Origin: Negaprion brevirostris
Taxonomy: Eukaryota
Direction of reading: 5' to 3'
NCBI GenBank assembly: GCA_030324005.1
Contig: JARDVH010000193.1
Coordinates: 84,994,457-85,058,456, forward strand
Length of the DNA stretch: 64,000 bases
Position numbers and translations under genes: made by a program
Notes under the pieces: model-generated
Told to the model about the DNA's origin: nothing
What the model saw: the letters and a program-made list of their open reading frames with translations, nothing else
Databases searched by the model: none
In this document: piece by piece, positions 27,500 through 39,489 of the stretch
Layout: each line of letters starts with the position of its first letter
How positions within the stretch are numbered: position 1 is the first letter of the stretch

Positions 27500-27790
27500 A
27501 CCAAAGTTCCTTTTACTCAGTGACCACTCTTTCCTGCTATTAACACATTCTGCTATCTTACCTTTATATTACAATTAACACTACTTAGTCTTTAACACTA
27601 CTTAACACTCCCTTTACCTTGTGGATACAACATCTTTGTCAAATATCTCCTGTGATCGCAACTATCCCTGATCATCTATTTTGCTCCACCTGCCCTACCC
27701 CTTAAAGTATAAAATCTATCACACCCTTCTTTCTAAATCTGAGGAAGAGTTATATGGTTTCTCCACAAACACAACCAGACCTGCTGAGTG
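27500..27790 (+). mobile_element. Penelope-like element terminal fragment
   Basis: Ends tctgaggaagagttata..ccagacctgctgag. The same terminus family occurs at 58970 and, inverted, at 55000. Confidence 0.5.
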
Positions 27791-28334
27791 NNNNNNNNNN
27801 NNNNNNNNNNNNNNNNNNNNNNNNNNNNNNNNNNNNNNNNNNNNNNNNNNNNNNNNNNNNNNNNNNNNNNNNNNNNNNNNNNNNNCTCTTTATCTATTGC
27901 CTCAACATACTGCCTATAGTGTGGAATTGCACACACCACAGCTGTGGTCTTTATATAGCTTCATACAGATTCACTCTTATGTTTTACATTCTGCCATAAA
28001 ATCCAGTATGCCGTTTATTTTTTGCACTTAATTGGCAGAATGTTCCCAGTCCTGCAGAAGCGGGTGTGAGGGTGGAACTTGGGAGCAAAAGTGGAAGTAA
28101 TGGCATTTGGTTGTTTCGACGACATCTCAGGGCGACCTTGCCAAGGACAGGTCATCAACAACACTGTTATTGACCTGACAGCAACAGTCAATAATTTATC
28201 AAATAGAAGCTAATGAAGGGAGTGAAGAGGCATAGTTGAGATCTTCCTTGTGTCAGAGCAGCCACACACCCAAATGATGGGGCTGTGGAGAGGAGTCACC
28301 TGTGCTGGCTTCGGCCCTCATTGGGTTGAATATA

Positions 28335-28381
28335 TTACACACATGTCCTCTCTCACACACTCTCTCACACACGCCCACTCT

Positions 28382-28412
<31 letters not shown>

Positions 28413-28432
28413 AACACACACATCTCTCTCAC
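28335..28432. repeat. Compound (CT)n/(CA)n microsatellite
   Basis: ctctctctctctc-acacacacacac tracts are directly visible. Confidence 0.85.
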
Positions 28433-29968
28433 GCTCAGCCCTCTCCTTGCTGCTGCCACTGCCTCCACCTCTCATCGCTTCTGGCTGACTCGTCTCCTGT
28501 CAGATCCTGATTCACCTTTGCTCTTGGCTATTGACCATGGGTTGCCCAACAACAGCAAGATTGAATAAATCAAATTGACCAATCAGAGCAAGGCCTTGTG
28601 GAGCACAGCATCCACTGCTCATTAAGGCCTTNNNNNNNNNNNNNNNNNNNNNTTCTCTGATTATTTTTAAAATTTGTGCATTCAAACTGGCATTTGCTAG
28701 TCACGTGGCAGCCACCAGCTTCACTGACACTCTGGACATCCATCACAGACCCCTGGGGGGCCCAAGAATCCCAGTTTGGGAATCCAGTAGTATCTGGATT
28801 GTATTTTAACTCATTTACCTGTCCTGAGCCTTAATGCCCTTCCCTAACAAAAAGTTATCACTCACAGCTTTGAAATTTTCAATTGACTTTGCATCAACAG
28901 CTTTTTGGAGGGAAGAATGACAGATTTCCACTACTCTTTGAGTAAAGAAGTGATTTCTGACATCATTCCTGAATGGACTAGATGTAATTTTAAGGCAATG
29001 CCCCTTTATCCTAGAGTCCCTTTGCTAGAAGAAATACTTTTTCTCCCTTCCTACGCTACTAAGTCCTTTATTCATGTTAAACACTACAATTAGATCATCC
29101 CTTAATTTGCTACCTTCAAAGGAGTACAAGCATAGTCATTGCAATCAATGCCCTTGGGTTCATGATCCTTTTACCAATCTCCTCTCTATTTTATCCAGAC
29201 CCAATGTGACTTTGGCCACATCTATCAAATATCCTCTCAACCTTCTCTTCCCTAAGAAAAACAACTCCAGCTTCTTCAATCTATCCACTTACCTGACATC
29301 TCTGTTACTTGGAATAATTCTCACAAATTTTCTCTGCACCCTTTCTAATATTTTTGCCTCCTGCTCAAAGTTTTGTGATTTGGATTGTACACTATATCCA
29401 TGTAAGGTCAAATTGGTGCTTTGTATAGGTTCATCATGACTTACTGCTTTTGCACTCCTTGCCTTTGTTTAGAAGGCTCAAGATCTTGTATGCTATCGTA
29501 ACCACACTCTCAGTGTGCCCTGCCACCTTCAATGATTTGTGCACATATGCCTCCTGATCCCTCTGCTCTTGCTATCCCTTTAAAATTGTATACTTGATTT
29601 TATACTTTCTCTTTTCATTCTTCCTGCTAAAATATATCACTACACACTCCTCTGCATTAAATTTCTTCTGCCATCTGTCTGCCTCTCTTATTTCCTCTTT
29701 AAGTCTATCATTATTGTCTTCACAATACTTCGAAAGTTTATATCATATTAAAATGTTGAAATTCTGGATACCCAAGTCTATTTCATTAATATATATTGTG
29801 AAAGCCAGGGTCGTAACACTGACCCCTGGGAAACACCATTGTATATTTTCCTTTTGTCCAAAAAACAATTGTTCACCAGTTCTCACTTCCTTCACTCAGT
29901 CAACTTCATACCCATATGCCACTGTCCCTTTTATTCCATGGGCTTTAGTTTTGCTGACATATATGTTG

Positions 29969-30225
29969 TATGACACGAAGGTTGGTGGTGTTGTGGATGG
30001 TCTGGAAGGATGTCAAAAGTTGCAGCAGGACATAGATAGGATGCAGNNNNNNNNNNNNNNNNNNNNNNNNNNNNNNNNNNNNNNNNNNNNNNNNNNNNNN
30101 NNNNNNNNNNNNNNNNNNNNNNNNNNNNNNNNNNNNNNNNNNNNNNTTGGTAGGTGTTGATGTGATCAGCGCAACTCGTGGGCCGAAGGGCCTGTTTGTG
30201 CTGTAGTGTTCTATGTTCTATGACA
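29969..30225 (+). mobile_element. Young CR1 insertion nested in the older CR1
   Basis: DTKVGGVVD..GCQKLQQDIDRMQ, then an N gap, then the tail. tatgaca lies at both ends (29969-29975 and 30219-30225; TSD or microhomology). Confidence 0.85.
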
Positions 30226-30873
30226 TTTTATCGCATGCCTTTTGGAAGCCCATGTGCATAACATCAACTACATTATGCTCTATTATCTCATCAAAAAAAA
30301 CCTCAATCAAATTAGTTAAACATGGTTTTCCCTGGTAAGGTCTATGCTGAATGTTGTCCTAAATTATAATTTCTCAAGTTTTTCCCATAACCAGTGTTAA
30401 ACTGTAGTCTGTAGTTGCTTGTGTTATCTATACACCATTTTTTGATCAGTGGTGTAACATTTTGCAATTCTCCAATCTTCTGCCATGACCTCTTTATCTA
30501 AGGATGATTGAAAGATTACGGCCAGTGCTTCTGCAATTTCCATGCTTAATTCCTTCAGTATCCTTAGAAGAGTCTAATCTGGTCTTGATGACTTAGCAAA
30601 CTTGAGTAACACCAACCTTTCTAATTCCTCATCTTTATTCATTTTTAGACTGTGTTCCAACAATCTTTTCTTTAATTATGACTGGGAAGGATCTTACTTA
30701 GTAAAGACAGGTGCAAAGTACTTGTTTAGTGCACCATCCATGCCCTCATGTCAATGCATAGATCTTCTTTTTGGTCCATAATTGGTTCAACTCCTCAATC
30801 CTTTTAGTATTTATTTCCCTATGAAAAACATTTGGATTCCCTTTTATAATAGCTGACAGTTTCTTCTCATAAT

Positions 30874-30998
30874 GGGTGGGATTCTCCAGTCTCATTCGCC
30901 CACCCTTGCTGCCTGCGAGAATGGAGAATTTGATGCTCAACCAAAGCTCCGTTCATTGCAGTGACATCAGAGAATCCCAGCTGCAGGTAAGATCGGAG
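30874..30998. mobile_element. ~120-bp MITE (family also at ~58070-58185 and ~60500-60617)
   Basis: The copies share the core gagaatggagaattt..ctca.ccaaa..gagaatcccagc (more diverged at 58070), and this copy has a gggtgggattctcc terminus. Confidence 0.6.
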
Positions 30999-31831
30999 GT
31001 TATGGTGATTATCTCTTTGCTACACTTATTCCTTTTTTCTTTCACTCTCACATCTTTCAATTTCAATTTGTTCTTACTCTTATCATTAATCTGACATCTA
31101 TTATCCTTTTTCTTACTTCATCCTACTTTTATTTCTGTCATTCAGGGGGCTCTGGTTTGTTTGCCCTATCTTTTTGTGGAAATGCACTTTGACTGTACCC
31201 AAACCATATTTTCTTTAAAGGCAGCCCATTGTTCAGTCATTATTTAGATTGCTGATCTTTGATTCCAGTTTACTAGGGCCAAGTCTGTCATATCCTATTG
31301 AAATTAACCCACGCCTAATAAACTATTGTTGCTTGCCCTTTTCTGAAACTGAACCTTATGATACTATGATCACTGTCCCTTGAATGTTCCGTGATTGACA
31401 CTTGATTCAGTTGACCAACATTGTCCCCGAGAATCAAATCCAGCAATGCTTCCTTCCTCATTGGGCTGGAACATACTGATCTAGAATTTTTCCTGACCAA
31501 ACTCTAGGAAATCTTCCCCCCTCTGCTGTTTACATTATTTCTACTCTAGTCTATATTGTGATAATTAAAGTCTCCCATTTTAACTCTTTTGTTTTTGTAT
31601 TTCTGTAATTTCTTTGAAAATCTGTTCCTCTCCCATTAGTTGGTGGCCTATATAGTGTAATTGTTTCTTTGCTCAAAACAAATAGATTCTGTCCTTGACT
31701 TCTCAAGGACATCCTCTCCAGCACTGAAATTTTCCCTTTAATTATTACTGCCACCCCTTTGACTTTCTTTTTCCATCTTTCTTGAACACCTTGTATCCAG
31801 GGCTATTTCATACCTAATCCTGCCCTTTTCT

Positions 31832-32080
31832 GAGAACATAAGAAATAGGAGCAGGAGTAGGCCATCTAGCCCTTCGAGCCTGCCCCGCCATTCAATAAGA
31901 TCATGGCNNNNNNNNNNNNNNNNNNNNNNNNNNNNNNNNNNNNNNNNNNNNNNNNNNNNNNNNNNNNNNNNNNNNNNNNNNNNNNNNNNNNNNNNNNNNN
32001 NNNNNNNCTTAAATATATTCAGCGAGGTAGCCTCCACCACTTCAACGGGCAGAGAATTCCAGAGATTCACCACCCTTTGA
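31832..32080 (-). mobile_element. Young CR1 3' fragment nested in the older CR1
   Basis: agaacataagaaataggagcaggagtaggcc tail and ORF VNLWNSLPVEVVEATSLNIFK. Confidence 0.85.
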
Positions 32081-32916
32081 GTGATTCCGAGCCAGACCTG
32101 TTTTTGTCACAACATCATTTTCCCATGTGACCAACTGCACCTGCCACAAACCAACCTTATTTACAACACTCCATGCATTCACATAGATGCACAGTAAACC
32201 TAATTTAGACCATTTTGTATTCGCTCGTACTCTGATCCCACTGCATACCTGAATATTTCTTATTTTAGTGCTGTCTCTCCAAATACTTTGAGCACTTTGG
32301 TTTTCCCCCCTAATGGCCTGGTTACCATCCCCCCGCCGAGTTGCTTAAACCACATTCCACCCCTCCCTCCACAACTGCACTAACAATCAGCTCAGTTTTG
32401 ATACAGCTCACTTAGCCTGTGTCTGTCCCATCCCATTCAGACCTGGTTCCAATATCCCAAGAACCTAAAGTCATCCCTCCTGCACCACCCCTCCAGCCAC
32501 CCATTCATCTTCTCCATCTTCCTACTTTCATACTCATTAGCCCATGGAACTGGGAGTAATCTGAAAATTAGTACTGTTGACGTCCTGCTGGCTAGTTACT
32601 TTTCTTACTCCTAAAATCTTCCTGAAGGACCTTGTCTCTCTTTTTACCTATGCCCATGGCACTGAAAATACATCTTCTGACATTCTGGTTCTCCCAATGT
32701 GTGCCATAAGTGCTGGATTGTTACTTAAATAAATTGATCTGGCATGATGGTCTGCGGTTGTCCTCTTGTCCTAAGTGGACATACAGCATCAAATATATAA
32801 TGGTTTGGGTGCAGTTACACCTGGGCTGCATTATGTCTCTTGAGAAACAGAACATTCAGTCAGCAAATTTGCTGACTGTACAATATTCCTGTGTGCACTA
32901 TTTTCACATAGTGCAT

Positions 32917-33221
32917 AGTGGCGCAGCATAATAGCACAGTGGTTAGCACTGCTGCCTCACAGCACCAAGGACAGGGTTCGATTCCTGGCTTGGGTCACTG
33001 TCTGTGTGGAGTTTGCACATTCTCCCTGTATCTGCATGGGATTTCTCTGGGTGCTTCTTTTTCCTCCCACAGTCCAAAGATGTGCATGGTGGGTGCATTG
33101 GTCAAGCTAAATTCTCCTTCAGTATACCTGAACAGGCAGCAGGGTATGGCGACTCAGGGATTTTCACAGTAATTTCATTGCAGTGTTAATGTAAGCCTAC
33201 TTGTGTCTAATAAATAAACTA
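32917..33221 (+). mobile_element. tRNA-derived SINE, type-2 tail
   Basis: agcacagtggttagcactgctgcctcacag..ggttcgattcc head and ..cctacttgtgtctaataaataaact tail. Confidence 0.9.
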
Positions 33222-33439
33222 CTTCCACACTAATATTTATTTGAAATTGGTTAAGCTCTGCATAAAAATGAACTTCACTGATCAGAAGTTATAACCTTGA
33301 AGTGAAATATGTTCACTCAAGAAATAGTGAAGGTATGGAACAAGCAAGTGCTCAGTTAAAGCACCTAATAATTAATTAAATGTCTGTACATTTATGAAGA
33401 ATGGAATACACTTGATTCGGGTGTGAGAAATGTAAGATG

Positions 33440-33662
33440 CTTTGGTTTCCTCCCACAGGCCAGAAACGTGCAGGTTAGGTGGGTTGGCCAAGCTAAATTG
33501 CCCCTCAGTGTCCCAAAATGTATAGGTTAGGGAGGGTTAGCCATGGGAAATATATGGGGTTATGAGGATAGGAAGGGCCTGAGTAAGATACTCTGTCAGG
33601 GCTCAGTCCATACTCAATGGGCCAAAAAAGCCCCTTTTGCACTGTGGGGATTCTATGATTTT
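33440..33662 (+). mobile_element. 5'-truncated HE1-like SINE
   Basis: ggtttcctcccacag..gcactgtggggattctatga. Confidence 0.75.
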
Positions 33663-34183
33663 ATGTATGATGTGGAGCGGCACTCCAAAAGTTCACGCTA
33701 CCAAAAAAACCTGTTGGACTTTGACCTGGTGTTGTGAGACTACTTACTGATTCTATATACACAGAGATGATCAAATATGCTATGAAACATGATAGTTCCT
33801 GCTCAGTAAGGACTGTGCAGATATCTTTGATATGTAATATTGAAATGTAGCATTCCTAATGCTCATGGCCTTGGAAATGCTGGTGCCGGGGTGAACATGC
33901 TTTGTAGACATAGGTGGAGTAATTCTCCTTCCTGGGCCACCACCTGTTGCCGAGTTTTGTTGTTGGCTTCTTCTGGGCTTTCTTGGCGCCCTTGGAAGCT
34001 TGTAATTTATTTTCTTCAGGTACAATACATGCAAGTGTTCCGGGAAAGCTAAAGTTTCACATCATTTCAGATTGAATCTGCCCAGAATATGACTTTGGTG
34101 TAATGTCAAAATATGCTTGAGAGATTAGGTTTTCTGGATTCTTCATAAACCGAAACGAATCTTGTTTAAATGTTTCAAATATA

Positions 34184-34303
34184 GGGTGGGATTTTCCAGC
34201 TTTGCTCGCCCTGAAACCAGAAAATCCTGCCCTATGTCAACGGACCTTTCCATGGCCATCTCCCCACCTGCTCCGTTTTCCTTGGAATGGTAAAATTCAC
34301 CCC
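34184..34303. mobile_element. ~120-bp MITE
   Basis: TIRs gggtgggattttcca ... tggtaaaattcacccc, flanked by tata on both sides. Confidence 0.7.
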
Positions 34304-34399
34304 TATATATAGTCTTTACCATCTGCATTCTCAAAATAATTCGAAAGAGCCATCTGAGTACTCCTTTGTGTTCGAAAGGGCGCAAGAAAGAGGTACCCA

Positions 34400-35900
34400 C
34401 TAGAATATTTAACATCAATTTGATGTGTGGTAACAGTTGATGACTTAACTGTTAGCTTTGAGAGATGGGGAGACAAGAGACTGACTCATGCTGAGAGGAG
34501 GAGTTATTTAATAATATTTAAAAAAAACACATGGCACGCACTCCATTGGCTGGTTGTGTCAACCCAGGTTGTGTTTCACTCTTTGATTTTTCACAAACCG
34601 GTTAGACCTTGCCGAACAGCAAGGTTAATGATTCACTTTTGTGACCTCGCCTTGTTCACCTCACCTACACACCGAAGCGGATTTTAACGAGACAGGCAGA
34701 TTACGTAGCGAAACTGCTTCACTTCCAAACTGATCGCCCTGGGAGAGGGCAGAAACTGAACACCAGCCGGGCTTCTGGTCTGTTTCTGAGCAAGGGCTTG
34801 CACAGATTTTCAGCCGCGATCAGGAGAAGTCTTTAAGCTCTTTTTTCTGAGAACTGTTTGCGTCACTGTAGGCTTAGGAAGGGCAGGTCAAAGCTGAGCC
34901 AGTGCAAAGTCGCAAACAGCAAGCTTTTATCCTTCTTCGAGCAGCTCAAATTCCACCAGCCTGCAGGCGGGAGGGGGGGAGGGAGGAAAGAGGAAGTGAT
35001 CGCAGAACCTGAGAGCCCAATCTGGGCTGATGTGTGCGTGGATGTGGGAGTCTCTTCATTATCCCATGCTGCTGCATCATTGCAATTCAAACTTGCACAG
35101 TTCCACAATAACCGCAGCTTTGATGACACTGTAAAAGGTGGGTACTTTTTTCATTAATCCTGTGGGGGAAGTGCACTATGGAGGGTGAAGATCCTTTTCT
35201 TCAGACACATTAATCCTCCAGCAGCTGTTGGGGCCTTTGTTTTACGGATTTACCTCCAAGAAAGGGACTCAACACCACCACACGTTAGGAAGTGTCGGTG
35301 ATACTGCAGTCTTGACATATCACAGACGGGACTTGGAGGCGTGCCATTTACTCCAAAATTGTTACCTGATATGAATACGTAATGCTTAACCAGTCTGTCT
35401 TCAATGAATAGCTCAACTGAACCGTAAATCATTTTGTATTTTTCATCCGATTTTAGTCAAGCTTCCTTCCATTTCATTCGTAACTCCGTTCCATGGGTAC
35501 CGTGTGGTAGTGTTTCTCTTTGTACGGTGCGACTATGAACCTCACATCCGATAACTTTCCACCGCTTTCACTCCTTATCTCATTGATGGCAGTGATTCAG
35601 AGCAGAGTGCAGGAAGGGCACAGGGAGAGTCGCTCAGGGCTCTCGCGTGCTCCATGTACCTGGCTGAGGCCAGCCTTGTTGGTGAAGGACAGCAGCGCCT
35701 ACCTGTGCTCCCATAATGCGATCTGGTGTGAAAATAATAAGAGTTCAATCACACCCACAGAAAATAAGTATTGTCGTTTTGTGAGAGAAAGATGACGCAG
35801 TGAGTGGGTGGTCACTGGAGAAGTAAAGCGGGTAGACACGATATATGAGTCTTGCGGTTCACATGTTGCCATTGTCTCACAATGTTGATTTACTCTTGAT
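34400..35900 (+). promoter_or_regulatory. Candidate internal (alternative) promoter and first exon of DLG3; putative donor AAG|gtgggt after 35137
   Basis: Repeat-free and visibly richer in CpG than its surroundings. It has a purine/GC box ggcgggaggggggagggagg (~34966), ETS ggaagtg (34992), CCAAT (35017), AP-1 tgactca (34482) and a CRE half-site (35793). The donor is phase 1 and matches exon 45803. Confidence 0.55.
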
Positions 35901-36512
35901 CATGAATTGTGACTAATTATTTACAAGAGATTATAGTCTAGTCAGTGTGAGAATCGTTCATTAAAAAATAGGATAGTGAAATTATATAATAGGATACCAA
36001 TTTACAAATGCTTAACATCGCAATTTAAATTCCACCTTTTTAGCAGTGATATTAAGAATGCATTTTAAATAGTTCAAAGGACACTGCTGAAATTGTGGAG
36101 GAAGGCATTTGTGTGAACAAATTTCGCAATGCTTTCTCCCTAGGTGTGAGTTTAGGCCTAGATTTTTATCTTCAGGCCATTGTAATTCTGTATTTCTTCC
36201 AGAAGTAATATAAAAGTCTTGTCCCAATTTTAAATGTACAAAGAAAAAAGTATCTGTTTAATCTCACAATGTTGAGGTCCTCAGTTAAAACCTTCATGAT
36301 ACAACCTGTTGCAACCCTCATTTTGTTTTCATGCTTTGTTATCTTTACTGTGCTTTATACTTACAGGCTGTTAAGACACATGATATGTTATAAGGTAGTT
36401 TACTTAACAACCTTAAGACTGCCATGCCATCCCAAATTCAGATTGTTCCATGGCTGTTTTCTTGGATAAAGTGGCGCTAGCCACTACTGTGAACATTGTC
36501 TTATATTTATTC

Positions 36513-36547
36513 CACCTGACGAAGGAGCAGTGCTCTGAAAGCTTGAG
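36513..36547 (+). ncRNA. Minimal hammerhead-ribozyme-like motif in a Penelope-like terminus (element ~36505-36595)
   Basis: cac-CTGACGA-a-GGAGC-agt-GCTCT-GAAA-gctt-gag shows the core boxes CUGANGA and GAAA around stem II, with palindromic AGCT at stem III. Confidence 0.55.
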
Positions 36548-36894
36548 ATTTCAAATGAACCTGTTGGCCTAAAACCTGGCATCGTGTGACCTCTCATCCC
36601 GTATCAAGGTTGTGCTCTCACTGCTCAAAATTACTTATAGGGTAGTGTAATCCAGGTGTGTAAACAAAACCTCCCTGTGAACCAAAATGGGTATTAGAAT
36701 CTTTCGTACGGGCCTCCAAATGCTTCTCAACAAATGTTTTCTCAATTAAACTTCAAAATCATTGAAAAAACAAGACAAAATCAAGATTGTGACCTTCCAG
36801 CAAGTGAACATATTATAATCTGAATCACATCATTCAATATTGTAACAGTCTTCATGTAATAATACAAACTAATGAGCCCACAATGCCTTCTCAC

Positions 36895-38960
36895 ATCAAC
36901 AATAATTTGTATTTATTGTATTTCAAAAAAAAGGCCCCAAAGCATTTCATTGGAGTACTATAAACAAAATATGTGCCATAAAAGGAGATGTTAGATTAGT
37001 GACCAAAAGCTTGGTCAAAGAGCTCGTTTTTAAGTAGTGTCTTAACTTTTCTACCTTCTTTTCCTTATTTAAGGAGCGAATTCCAGAGCTTAGTGCCTAC
37101 ATAGCTGAAGGCAAAGGACATAGATAGTAGAGCAATTTTAAACCAGGGATACTTGCGAATTCAAGAGTGCCGAGGGTTGTAGGGCTAGAGGAGGGACAGG
37201 CCATGGAGGGATTTGAAAACAAGGATGAGGATTTTAAAATTGAGGTGCTGTTTCACTGGAAAAGCCAGTGTAAGCATGGAGATAATGAATGAGTAGCATT
37301 TGGTGAGAGTCAGGACATGGGCAGCAGAGTTTTGGGTGTCCTCAGTGGAAGGTTGGCCAAGAGTGCATTAGAATAGTCAAGTCTGGAGATTACAAAAGCA
37401 TGATTACAAAAGTGGTGATGAGCTGAAGCTTGGTGGTATTAGCATAGCTGTGGAAATTTACAGTGTTTTCAGATGATGCCACTGAGGGACACCATGTAGA
37501 CCAGAAATAGGAGGAAGAAAGGATCCTTGGGGGATACCAGAAGTAATGGTGCAGGAGTGGCAACAGAAACTGTTGGTGACAAATCTCTGGCTATAGTCAG
37601 ATAGATAAGAATAGAACCGGGCAAGCAATGTCCTACCCAACTGGATGAGGGTCGAGAGGCATTGGAGGAATATGTTATGATCAATTGTGTGAAAGGCTAC
37701 AAACAGGTTAAAAATGTTGTGAAGGGATAGTTTATCTTTGTCACACGGGGTGTCATTTGTGAGTTTGGGAAGAACTGTTTCAATATTGTAATGGGTGGAA
37801 AACTGATTGGAAGGATTTAAACATTTAGGGGGTGATCTCACCCAAGTGGAAGAAATTCACGGCTTTTTTTTGGCAGCTTAAAAATCGAATCTTACCTGCC
37901 AGCAGGGGAGTGGGTGAGGCCTAAGTTGTCCAAGAGCAGCAGAGGGTGCAATTGCACTTGTGCAGATTTCTGTGCACTATCAGCACAGAGATCAATTACT
38001 GCCTCTCCCAGCTGTAGCCGGCATTCATGCTCCTGCCCAAACTGATCGCAGCCAAAACCACATCCTCTCCAAACGCTCGCTGTTGTGGAGTGTGCAGCGG
38101 TCCCCCCACCTCCCGATTGCTCTTGTGGAGTGTGCATTAGTTCCCCCCCCTCTCATGATACATGATCCTCACTGGAGAGAACCTCCACTGGCGAGGCCAC
38201 AGAGGCAGGTGAGCCCAGACGATTCCACCCTGGGCTCACTTGTAATATCTAAATGCTACATTAAATAGTATTTAAANNNNNNNNNNNNNNNNNNNNNNNN
38301 NNNNNNNNNNNNNNNNNNNNNNNNNNNNNNNNNNNNNNNNNNNNNNNNNNNNNNNNNNNNNNNNNNNNNNNNNNNNNNNNNNNNNNNNNNNNNNNNNNNN
38401 NNNNNNNNNNNNNNNNNNNNNNNNNNNNNNNNNNNNNNNNNNNNNNNNNNNNNNNNNNNNNNNNNNNNNNNNNNNNNNNNNNNNNNNNNNNNNNNNNNNN
38501 NNNNNNNNNNNNNNNNNNNNNNNNNNNNNNNNNNNNNNNNNNNNNNNNNNNNNNNNNNNNNNNNNNNNNNNNNNNNNNNNNNNNNNNNNNNNNNNNNNNN
38601 NNNNNNNNNNNNNNNNNNNNNNNNNNNNNNNNNNNNNNNNNNNNNNNNNNNNNNNNNNNNNNNNNNNNNNNNNNNNNNNNNNNNNNAGAGCAGGAGGGAG
38701 CCTGAGAGAATATGTGGAGAAGGGAGGGAGGTAACAGAGACAGCTGATTGAACAATCTCAAATTTATTGACAAAGAACTCATGAACTTCTCGCACTTGTC
38801 GTTGGAGATGAAAGCAGAGGATTTGGGGAGAGGGACTTAAGAAGAAAGCTTGCAATGGAGAAAAGAAGCTGAATATTACCTCTGCATTCCAGAATGATCC
38901 TGGATCTTTGAGTACTTTGTGTGGTGCAACCAGATCTGGCAGTGAATGGGTAAACCAGTT
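36895..38960 (-). mobile_element. L2-like LINE fragment (3' end plus RT), interrupted by a MITE and an N gap
   Basis: ORF 37458-37841 reads ETVLPKLTND..AFHTIDHNIFLQCL..FYSYLSDYSQ..GIPQGS. An L2-type 3' end is at ~36900-37050 and ORF2-like sequence resumes at 38690. Confidence 0.8.
37827..38276. mobile_element. GC-rich Harbinger-like MITE, left part; right end in the gap
   Basis: The terminus aggggtgatctcac resembles the TIR at 2800-2813, and the internal ctccactggcgaggcc resembles 2571-2587. Confidence 0.55.
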
Positions 38961-39489
38961 GTCTGTTCATGTTCATATCTCAGGCCTATGGTAGGGGAGA
39001 TGAGGGCTTTACGTAGCTACAGCCAAGGGATGAGCTATAATCAGAACCAAAGGTGGAGATGAGGGTGCGGTTGAGCAGATCAGTAGTTTCATGCTAAATG
39101 GAGAGCCAAATGTCAGATAAATGTGAACTTGAGATTTAGTTTCCAAAGGTGGACACAGAAGGGAGAAGAGAGGTGTGGGTAGACAGTGGAATACATCAGT
39201 GAGTCGTCTAGCTGGACTTCAATTAACTTCTAAATACTTCTACATTGTCATCTTTCTAATTTGCCAAAAGCCTGGCCTGTCCTCTTTTCATGAAAAAAAT
39301 TGATTTATTGAATGTTTCTGTTTGTATCTTTCCCTGTTAATCTTGAGAGGTGTAGTGCCTGGCATGTGGGACATTTGTTGATCATTGAGACAGACTAAGA
39401 AAATGCTTATTCTTTTCAGTCTTAGAAAATAACTTCAAAACCAAGTTAATTATAATCACAATCTTTCAGCCAATAGCTCAATTCAAATA

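Larger units (their letters stand above)
28770..32650 (-). mobile_element. Long decayed CR1 LINE (3' end through RT to endonuclease and beyond) carrying younger nested insertions
   Basis: Minus ORFs read LYRPPTN (31551-31754) and RKEALLDLILG..DSDHSIIRF (31315-31500). RT-region sequence lies at 29.2-30.6 kb. Confidence 0.75.

Noticed and set aside
29594-30160. 188-aa plus-strand ORF
   Set aside because: It is antisense read-through of an old CR1 fused to a nested young CR1 and an N gap.
35680-35700. ggacagcagcgcc as a REST/RE1 site
   Set aside because: Only a partial right half-site is present; the TTCAGCACC left half is absent.
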